Assembly (NCBI GenBank): GCA_043228905.1
Contig: JBHGNT010001132.1
Span: forward strand, 1-11,725
Source: Azolla caroliniana
Lineage: Eukaryota; Plantae; Polypodiophyta
Reading direction: 5' to 3'
DNA length: 11,725 bases
In this document: piece by piece, positions 1-7,103 of the stretch
Layout: each line of letters starts with the position of its first letter
Position numbering within the stretch: the stretch's first letter is position 1
Notes under the pieces: model-generated
The model's database searches: none
Seen by the model: the letters and a program-made list of their open reading frames with translations, nothing else
What the model was told of the DNA's origin: nothing
Made by a program: the position numbers and the translations under genes

Positions 1-327
1 CGGTTGTTCGGAAACTCGACAGTTAGGTAAACACAGAGAATGGATACACAGTGAGAGAGAGCAGATACCAAACTTCTATTACAAAATGTTGTTTGTACAT
101 ACAATGTGCTCAGTGAGCACTTTTTATACAAGCCCTAACAAGTGGGCTGACACAAGTACTATCAGTACTTTAATGCTCATGAATGAGCCTGGCATTAACA
201 TCCTATAATATTCCTATTACTAAAATAGGAATATAGACCCCTAATGGCCAGTCGATTCGGTTTACCAACCGATTCGGCATTTAGCTTATTCAACTAATTT
301 GGCCCATGTCGAGTTTGTCTCTCAACA
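1..327 (-). repeat. 3' LTR of element A (about 52 bp lie outside the window)
   Basis: About 90% identical by eye to 3233..3567. Begins TGTTGAG on minus immediately after the PPT. Confidence 0.95.
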
Positions 328-1038
328 CTCCCCCTCAAGCTCAACTTGAGGTCTCGTCGTGTCAGCTCTGGCTAGTCCATCGTTCCAGCTCCTCCTAGCG
401 TCCCGACGCCTCGCTCGTGCTCCTCGTCTGGTCCAGTTCCGCGTCCTATGACCGCTCTGGTTCCGCACTCCTGGACCTGCTCGGTTGGCTTGTCTGCTAC
501 CCATGCCCTTGTCAGCTCCCTCCATGTTGCGGTATTGGTGCCCCTCGACCTAATGGCTCCTCCGCCTCTACGTCGGCTTTGGTTGCCTCGTTGTCCACTT
601 GGCCTTCATGCAATTCGGTTCTTCCAAATCACACTTCTCGATCGAATCAGCTATCTCTAATTCGTTCCCGCTCTTGTGCGAATTGGTTATCTCCAATTCG
701 TCCTCCTTCCGGCCCTTGACCACATCCGACCATGTCCTGGTCTTGGCCTTTATCTTCAGGTCGGCTCTACACTTCTTGGCTCTACCACCTGCCTTGCCTT
801 TCTCGGCTCTACCTCCCCCTTGTTCGAATGGCTCTGGCTTTGACTTGTTCTTTCGGTTGCTCCCCTTGCATTTCACTAGTCTCCACTTAGCCAATCTTCT
901 TCCATATGTCCACATGACCTCGGCTTCTCCAGCCGAACTGAATGTTCCAACTTCTTCAGTTGTTCCGAAATCGAATTCTTCACCTGATTCAGTTTTTTCG
1001 GACTTCATCTCTCTCCTCCCTCTCATTCTCGTTCTCAT
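322..1038 (-). pseudogene. Charged low-complexity reading frame downstream of RNase H (probable Pol C-terminal extension or extra ORF)
   Basis: ORFs 568..1038 and 322..525 share one frame, separated only by TAG codons at 568-570 and 550-552. The frame ends ...VELEGEC* across the PPT/LTR junction. Confidence 0.6.
328..338 (-). other. Polypurine tract of element A
   Basis: Minus strand reads TTGAGGGGGAG directly followed by the LTR start TGTTGAG, the typical copia arrangement. Confidence 0.9.
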
Positions 1039-1914
1039 TCCTCCCCTTCAAGTTCGGCATGTCAAGGTGTTGTATGCCAAGCAGGCTCGAAAAATGCCAC
1101 AACTTGTCTAGGCCAAGAGGTTTGGTGAAGATATCGGCGACCTGCCGATTCATCGGAACATATAGTGCACCTCAGAGGACTCGTTCTCACACAAAATGAT
1201 AGTGCACCTCGATGTGCTTTGTCCGGGCATGGAAAACAAGGTTCTTGGCTAGCTGGATTCTGTTGATGATGTCGCAGTAGATCATTGTCGAATCGACAAC
1301 CTCCACCCGCAGATCCTTCAGTAGCCGCTTCAGCCATATGGCTTCGCATGTAATGACAACCACTCCTCGAAATTCAGCCTCGGTCCTCAACATTGCTACT
1401 ATCTGTTGCTTCTTGTTGCTTTAGGAGATCGCGACACTTTCCAATGAGAATGCAAAACCTGATGTTGACCTACGATCGTCAGCATTTCCAGCCCAATTGA
1501 CATCTGTGTAGCCAACTAATTGTTCGGCTACCCCAATCTAATACAACATGCCTTGTCCTTAGTGCCACTTATATATCATAAGATCCTTTGTGCGCACTGA
1601 AGGTGTTCGGTCTTCGGCTGCAACATGAATTGACTAATCAATCCGACCGGATAGCTGAGGTCTGACCGAGTGATGGTCAAGTAAATGAGGCTTCTGACTA
1701 TCCGTCGGATCCATGTTGGGTCGCATGCCTTCCCGGATTCGGGGTGAAGCTTCATATTTCTATCTAGAGGAGTTGAGACATATTTACAATCCATCGTCCC
1801 AAACTTGAAGAGCATGTTCAACACATAATGATGTTGGTTGATCAATATGCCTTCGGGGGTGTGGATCACTTCGATCCCAAGGAAGTAATGAAGGTTTCCC
1901 AAGTCCTTCATTTC
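989..1914 (-). pseudogene. pol: Copia pol remnant: RT C-terminal half and RNase H
   Basis: MKDLGNLHYFLGIEV...LIYLTITRSDLSYPVG; EAIWLKRLLKDL...KHIEVHYHFV*ERVL; QVADIFTKPLG...LDMPNLKGR. Several stops and frameshifts. Confidence 0.95.
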
Positions 1915-2025
1915 TGTAGATGTTAACGTGTGGAAGCGTTAGACAAAATTAGCTCAGCCGGATAGCAGCAAAGAATAAGATGAAGGTTTAATGGAGTAGT
2001 TTAATCACACAGAGAATACGTGTGG

Positions 2026-2076
2026 GAGAGACAGAGAGACAGAGACAGAGACAGAGACAGAGACAGAGACAGAGAG
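2026..2076. repeat. (GAGACA)n microsatellite inside the solo LTR
   Basis: Read directly. It is an expansion of the short gagagagacagag tract seen in the A 5' LTR. Confidence 0.9.
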
Positions 2077-2323
2077 CAAAACATAAACTCAAATTCAAAA
2101 TAACACTCTAAAAACTCTATACATACAACGTGCTAAACAACACTATTTATACAAGTCCATAAAGGACTGACAGAAGTACTGATAGGTACTTCAATGTTCC
2201 TATGTGCGACTGACACTAACTACGAGACAATGATTACCTAGTAGTCTAGGCTACTACAAGGCTTCCGGTTCCTGCTCGAATCCGGCTCTCCGATCCGTCT
2301 CCCCGATCCGGCCGGTTGTTTTC

Positions 2324-2387
2324 GGATACCGATCTGGCTCATCCTTCTGGATACCGATCCGGCTCATCCTTCTGGATGCCGATCCGG
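2324..2387. repeat. 25-bp tandem repeat, about 2.5 copies, in the solo LTR
   Basis: GGATACCGATCYGGCTCATCCTTCT starting at 2324 and 2349, with a partial copy at 2374. Confidence 0.85.
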
Positions 2388-2413
2388 ATCCGGTTGAGCT
2401 TGCTCGCTCAACA

Positions 2414-3170
2414 ATTTCGAATGATGTTGTTAGCTGAGACTTGACTCAGCCATTTTTTCTAGGTTCGCACCAGCAATGACTAAATCATCGACATATAGAA
2501 AAATGCTAATTGGTTTGGTTTGACTCTGCTGAATGAACAATGAAGAGTCCGACTTTGACAAAGCAAACCCCATTTGACGTAATCTCTGCATGATCTTTGC
2601 GTTCCAGGTACGCGAGGCTTGCTTATGTCCATATAGTGATTTCTTCAGTCGGCAAACAGCTGATGTGTTTCACTCAGATAGAAATCTGAGGGGTTGCACC
2701 ATGTACACTTGTTCCTGAAGCTCGCCTTGAAAGAACGCATTCTTTACATCCATCTGATGTAAGTGTCGCCCCTACGCCGCGACTACCGCTAGCTAAACAC
2801 AGACGATCGTCATCTTTGCAACCGGCGCAAACGGCTCATCGTTATCAATGCCATGTTGTTGCACATAGCCCTTTGCCACCAATCGGGCCTTATATAAGTT
2901 GATGGTGTAGTCAGCGTTGTACTTGACCTTGTACGCCCACCTGCATTCGATCAACTTCACACCCTTGGGGGCGTGAGCCACGCCCCAACTCTCATTGTCC
3001 ACCAATACGCACATTTCTTCCTCCATAGTGACACGCCCATTCACGTCCTTTGTCGCTTCTACGTAGCTCTCGAGCTCACATACTTCTGCCACGTTTGACA
3101 TATACACATAATGATGTGCCATATAATCATTGTATCCATAACGATTGTAGAGGATTCTCAACCCTCGCAC
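2414..3170 (-). pseudogene. pol: Copia pol remnant: end of the IN-RT linker and RT N-terminal half
   Basis: ...CRWAYKVKYNA...YKARLVAKGY...FAPVAKM; HQMDVKNAF near 2735-2761; catalytic YVDD at 2484-2495. Confidence 0.95.
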
Positions 3171-3180
3171 TCTGATACCA
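3170..3180 (-). other. Primer-binding site (tRNA-iMet) of element A
   Basis: Minus strand TGGTATCAGAG directly after the 5' LTR, complementary to the 3' end of plant initiator tRNA-Met. Confidence 0.92.
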
Positions 3181-3567
3181 TATAAAAGAATATGTGTGCG
3201 GAAGTGTAAGTGGAAGACACACAGTACACTATTGGTTATTCAGAAACTGGACAATTAGGTAAACATAGAGAATGGATACACAGTGAGAGAGAGACAGAGC
3301 AGACGACAACAACCTTCTAGTACAAAATGTTTTTTGTACATACAATGTGCTCAATGAGCACTTTTTATACAAGCCCTGACAAGTGGGCTGACACAAGTAC
3401 TATCGGTACTTTAATGCTCATAAATGAGCTTGACACTAACAACCTATAATATTCTTATTACTAAAATAGGAATATAGACTCCTAATGGCCAGTCGATTCG
3501 GTTACCAACCGATACGGCTTTCGGCTTATTTAACCGATTCGGCCCATGTTGAGCTTGTCCCTCAACA
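3181..3567 (-). repeat. 5' LTR of element A (387 bp)
   Basis: TGTTGAG start on minus. End reads TA instead of CA (one transition). TATAAAAA on minus at 3362-3369. Outer flank GAAAT (3568-3572) is the predicted TSD. Confidence 0.93.
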
Positions 3568-4388
3568 GAAATGTTCATTATCAAGAAAAGCTCAAATAGA
3601 TGTTCATGATGTCTCGCAAACAAGCATCATGGGTCCTTGGGTTCAGTTTGTTAGAAGACGGATGGTAAAAAAGACTAGCCATGATACATCCAAATGGCAA
3701 CCTAAGAAACATAATATATTTTAATTTGCTAACCAATGTAGGAGACAGACAAACTCAGTTAATGAAAGATTTGGGGAAAAGGCAAGTACCTGGCAATATA
3801 TGTCCTAGCAAGGAGATTGTGCAAGAAATACAATCAAGATCGAGTTATCCTAATTTAGATGTCGAGACATACAATAACGGGCATCAGGAAGGATGTAACC
3901 GTAAAGTGGTTTATATGGAGAGCAATCTATCATTCCAATAAACGTTCTTGCAATGATGTATGGGCAGGAGGTTGTGGGGGAAGTGCAAACTAAAAATCAA
4001 ATATTATCATTGGACCATTGCCTCCTAATGATGGGATATGGACAAGATCCATGTCCAAGCACTTGCCAAAGGATCAAAATCCTTTCATGAAGGATGCTGC
4101 TAATTGGAGAACTTCCGCGGACTTAGTATACAAAATTTTCAAGGACATGATAGTAGGATGTGGACTTGTAGAGTACATAAATAGATAATGCCTTTAGTAA
4201 AGATTACATATCTTTTCAAAGAATGATGAAGTCACAAGAAGACAAGAATAGGTGCTTGAAAGAAAAAAGGTTAGTGCACAAATTTGTATAACTATGAAGA
4301 TTATTTCCTAGAATGTTCATGGTCATGGAGGATCCTTATGTAAACAATATAAACGACAATTTCAGCAAGAGTTGCATAAATGTATAAT
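3568..4388 (+). pseudogene. Degenerate L1-like LINE fragment: probable ORF1 3' part and start of the ORF2 AP-endonuclease
   Basis: From ATG 4294 the frame reads MKIIS*NVHGHGG, matching the APE N-terminal motif MKIISWNVRGLG with TGG>TAG. Upstream GPWVQFVRRR resembles the W-x2-V-x-R/K motif of plant L1 ORF1 tails (weaker evidence). Confidence 0.6.
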
Positions 4389-4597
4389 TGTCCTTACCAC
4401 CCCAAAGTTGTCATCAAGACATAACCAAACTACCACTAACATCCCCATCTTGACATATATCAAAATGACTGATACCTTGGAATAGGTAACACAATTGTTG
4501 TGATGAAAGCCTAGTGTGCACCATTGGTATCTCAAGACCTTAGCCTTTCGACATAATGTCTTGTATAAGGGTATACTGTTAGGCCTTATATTCATAC
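4389..4597. other. Unassigned segment, possibly the end of another LTR element inserted in the LINE and itself the target of B
   Basis: LINE ORF2 similarity stops before the expected LQE motif, at about the point where TGTCCTTACC begins. No partner end lies in the window. Confidence 0.25.
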
Positions 4598-4892
4598 TGT
4601 TGGCATAAAAGGCCGACTCCTTCCGCTTTGTATCCTTACTAGTGTGAACACGTGCAATAGTTAGGGCTTGAGTATATAAGTCCTAACCTAACATTGTAAT
4701 ACAGGCTACTTGATCATTCTTGTATCTTGATTCTTGTAGAGAGAGAGAGAGAACGGAAATAACGACAGCTTCCATTAAAGCTTCGAGCTTGTCTATCTAC
4801 CGTTTCCTCTGTCATACTATCTGTGTTGTCTGCTATGCATAACCGAGAAGTCCTCACATACTTTCGCTACATTCAGAACACAACAACCGACA
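4598..4892 (+). repeat. 5' LTR of element B (295 bp)
   Basis: TGTTGG...CCGACA, then 2 nt, then the PBS. G-box CACGTG 4649-4654, TATATAA 4673-4679, (GA)n 4738-4752. Left flank CATAC is the predicted TSD. The left boundary is inferred from the terminal motif only. Confidence 0.8.
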
Positions 4893-4894
4893 AC

Positions 4895-4906
4895 TAGTAT
4901 CAAAGC
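4895..4906 (+). other. Degenerate tRNA-iMet PBS of element B
   Basis: TAGTATCAAAGC equals TGGTATCAGAGC with two G>A changes. Confidence 0.85.
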
Positions 4907-4988
4907 GACCTATTGTTTGGTGGCAACAAACAACAGAAAAGCTGAGAGAGAAAAGACTAGGTTAGTGCATCACAATTCCATAAAGAAC

Positions 4989-5472
4989 ATGGCTTCAACA
5001 TCCGGAAAGTTCGACGGCAAAAACTTTGCCCTATGGAAGGAGATGATGCAGGACGTGTTGATTATTCAAAGACACGTCAAAGCCATCCGGCACAGCGAAA
5101 AGATTGCTTCAATGTCAGCCGAAGAGTGGAGATCAATAGATGAAATCACTCGCTCCACCATTCGGATGCACCTAGCCGAAAACGTCTACTTCAGCATGGC
5201 AAAAGAGACGGCAACGTTCTCACTGTGGGAGAAGTTACAAGCTGTATACGAGAAAAAGTCCTAAAAATCAAAACTAATATTAATCAGACAACTATTCAAC
5301 ATGAAGATGAGAGAGACCGATCCGACCACCTAGCACATTAACACCTCACAAGGGATCAACTTTGAAGAAGAAGTTAAAGCCCTTGCCCTTCTATCGAGCT
5401 TGCCGGTGAGTTGGGAGGTATTCTGCATGACATTCGCCAATAGCCGTCCGATCCTAAATCTAGATGAGACGA
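4989..5472 (+). pseudogene. gag: Copia gag, N-terminal part
   Basis: MASTSGKFDGKNFALWKEMMQDVL...LWEKLQAVYEKKS*...LIRQLFNMKM...ALALLSSLPVSWEVF...LDET. Confidence 0.92.
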
Positions 5473-5918
5473 TGTCATGATATTTTCGACACATAGTGTG
5501 AAACCACCCTCAAAAAGAAGTAAAATAGTAGTTCAAATAAACTAGTATTATGAAGTCAACTTTATTAATAAGAAAAATACTTTCAAAGAAAATTCCTTAT
5601 AAATAAAAGGCCAAAGGATTAAATCTTACAATAAATGATGAGGAATATAAAGTTAGAAACGGTTTTCAAAAGTAAACAAAAGTAGAGGGAAAAAATGGGA
5701 AAAGAAAAGCTAGGCGTGGATATGAGGAGCAAGGTCGAGTAAAAAGCTCGTAATTTCCTCGTCCAATGTCCAAATTAGAAAATGAAATATATATGAGAAA
5801 GCTAATAGAAAGAGGTTTCTAAGAATATCTTGCATGTCAGATTTGACGTTACGGAATAGAAATAGTGATAAAAAGAAACTCGACTCATAAAAAAAAAGGA
5901 AGCAAGCAATCCTAAACC

Positions 5919-5926
5919 TATAAATA
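5919..5926 (+). promoter_or_regulatory. TATA box in insert C
   Basis: CCTATAAATAAG followed by purine-rich then pyrimidine-rich tracts, typical of plant LTR promoters. Confidence 0.55.
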
Positions 5927-6222
5927 AGAGCTCATTTTAAGAAGAAGAGGGGAAAGGAAGAGGAACGCGGAACCTCTACTCAATTGGGAAGCAAAAGAAG
6001 AAGGATCAACAACATCAAGTGGCATCATCAACAAAGAAACTCCGTCTATATTCCACTCTCTTCTTTTCTCCACCTCTCTTCCCCCATTCCTTTGTAAACA
6101 ATCTTTCATATTCACATCCAACCCATTGTAACATGATTCTTAAATTATAAAATAATCTATTATTTTGCAATAAACTAATGTTTCCTTTCACCTACATGTC
6201 TTATATGTTATTGTCACTTGTG

Positions 6223-6254
6223 CTTGTGTGCTTGTGTGCTTGTGTGCTTGTGTG
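6223..6254. repeat. (CTTGTGTG)x4 octamer repeat
   Basis: Read directly. It is a slippage expansion of the first bases of the long repeat unit. Confidence 0.85.
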
Positions 6255-6987
6255 TTTGTGTGTCTTGTGACAAGGGAGTGATTCGGGCTTGCCCATGCAC
6301 CTCTCCTTTCACCAAGGCATTCAAACTTTTGTGTCTTGCGTGTTAATGTAAATCTTGCTTGTGTGTTTGTGTGTCTTGTGACAAGGGAGCGTTTCAGGCT
6401 TACCCATGCACCTCTCCTTTCACCAAAGCATTCAAAATTTTGTGTCTTGCGTGTTAGTGTAAATCTTGCTTGTGTGTTCGTGTGTCTTGTGACAAGGGAG
6501 CAATCAGGCTTGGCCATGCACCTCTCCTTTCATGAATGCATTCGAAACTTTGTCTCTCATATGTAAACCTTGCTTGTGTGTTCGTGTGTCTTGTGACAAG
6601 GGAGCGTTCAGGCTTGCCCATGCACCTCTCCTTTCACGAAGGCATTCGAAACTTTGTATGTCGTGTGTAAACATTGCTTGTGTGTTCGTGTGTCTTGTGA
6701 CAAGGGAGCATTCGAGCTTGCCCATGCACCTCTCCTTTCACGAAGGCATTCGAAACTTTGCCTCCCGTGTGTAAAAGTTGCTTATGTGTTCGTGTGTCTT
6801 GTGATAAGGGAGCGTTTGGGCTTGCCCATGCACCTCTCCTTTCAGGAAGGCATTCGGAAATTTGTCATCTGTGTGTATGTAAGCCTTTTCCTTGTGTGTC
6901 TGTAAGTAAACCTTCCTCTCATGCATTCATTCTCCTTGTGACAAGGGGTTGATTCGGGCTTGTTCGTGCACCTCTCCTTTTCACGAA
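6245..6987. repeat. Tandem array of 7 units (periods 111, 111, 104, 104, 104, 137 bp)
   Basis: Anchor CTTGTGAYAAGGG at 6264, 6375, 6486, 6590, 6694, 6798 and 6935, each followed by ...TGCACCTCTCCTTT. Confidence 0.95.
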
Positions 6988-7103
6988 CACGTTTGAATAT
7001 TCGTTCCTTCCTCATGTTGTGTGTGTGAGCTCTAAGTCCTTCTAGTTTATAACCCCCGCAGTTCTGCCCCACAATTCGCACATAGTGACGGATTTTCACG
7101 ACA

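Larger units (their letters stand above)
1915..2413 (-). mobile_element. Solo LTR (499 bp) of a family related to element A
   Basis: TGTAGA...CTCAACA, flanked by the 5-bp TSD ATTTC (1910-1914 and 2414-2418). Removing it restores RT SFEMKDLG. Shares blocks with the A LTRs (tacatacaa-gtgct, tttatacaag, aagtact, gacactaac). TATAAATA on minus near 2144-2151. Confidence 0.92.
1..3567 (-). mobile_element. Ty1/copia LTR retrotransposon A, internally deleted (no gag/PR/IN); 3' LTR truncated by window start
   Basis: Direct repeats 1..327 and 3233..3567 both end in CTCAACA (TGTTGAG on minus). PBS abuts one LTR and PPT abuts the other. Copia RT motifs (YKARLVAKG, YVDD, MKDLG) and RNase H motifs (KHIEVHYHFV, ADIFTK) are on the minus strand. 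Confidence 0.95.
5473..7103 (+). mobile_element. Insert C, 1631 bp, non-coding; most likely a long solo LTR (Ty3/gypsy type?)
   Basis: TGTCATGA...TCACGACA ends with the 4-bp TSD ACGA (5469-5472 and 7104-7107). Removal restores gag LDETIGQVLIEDILRKSMG. TATAAATA 5919-5926 and AATAAA 6169-6174 suggest + orientation. Confidence 0.88.

Noticed and set aside
599-1111. 170-aa antisense ORF with hydrophobic stretches (env-like or antisense gene)
   Set aside because: The Leu/Phe/Ser richness is the expected mirror of the purine-rich Lys/Glu/Arg codons on the element's sense strand. No independent support.
3485-3941. ORFs 3485..3724 and 3681..3941 as host genes
   Set aside because: The first starts inside the LTR of A. 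Both are short and lie in the degenerate LINE-like segment.
6298-6310. CACCTCTCCTTTC resembles the 16S rRNA anti-Shine-Dalgarno end
   Set aside because: Short pyrimidine-rich match with no other rRNA similarity. It is better explained as the 3' arm of the repeat hairpin.
6188-6952. Multiple overlapping ORFs in the repeat array
   Set aside because: They are repetitive translations of TG-rich tandem units in several frames on both strands, with no domain signal.
6245-6987. CRISPR-like array (palindromic conserved part plus variable part)
   Set aside because: The linkers are homologous to each other rather than unique spacers, the units are over 100 bp, there are no cas genes, and the context is a plant retroelement.
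5473-7103. Retrozyme (hammerhead-bearing non-autonomous element with 4-bp TSD)
   Set aside because: I found no CTGANGA hammerhead core on either strand by eye, and there are no paired LTRs inside the insert.
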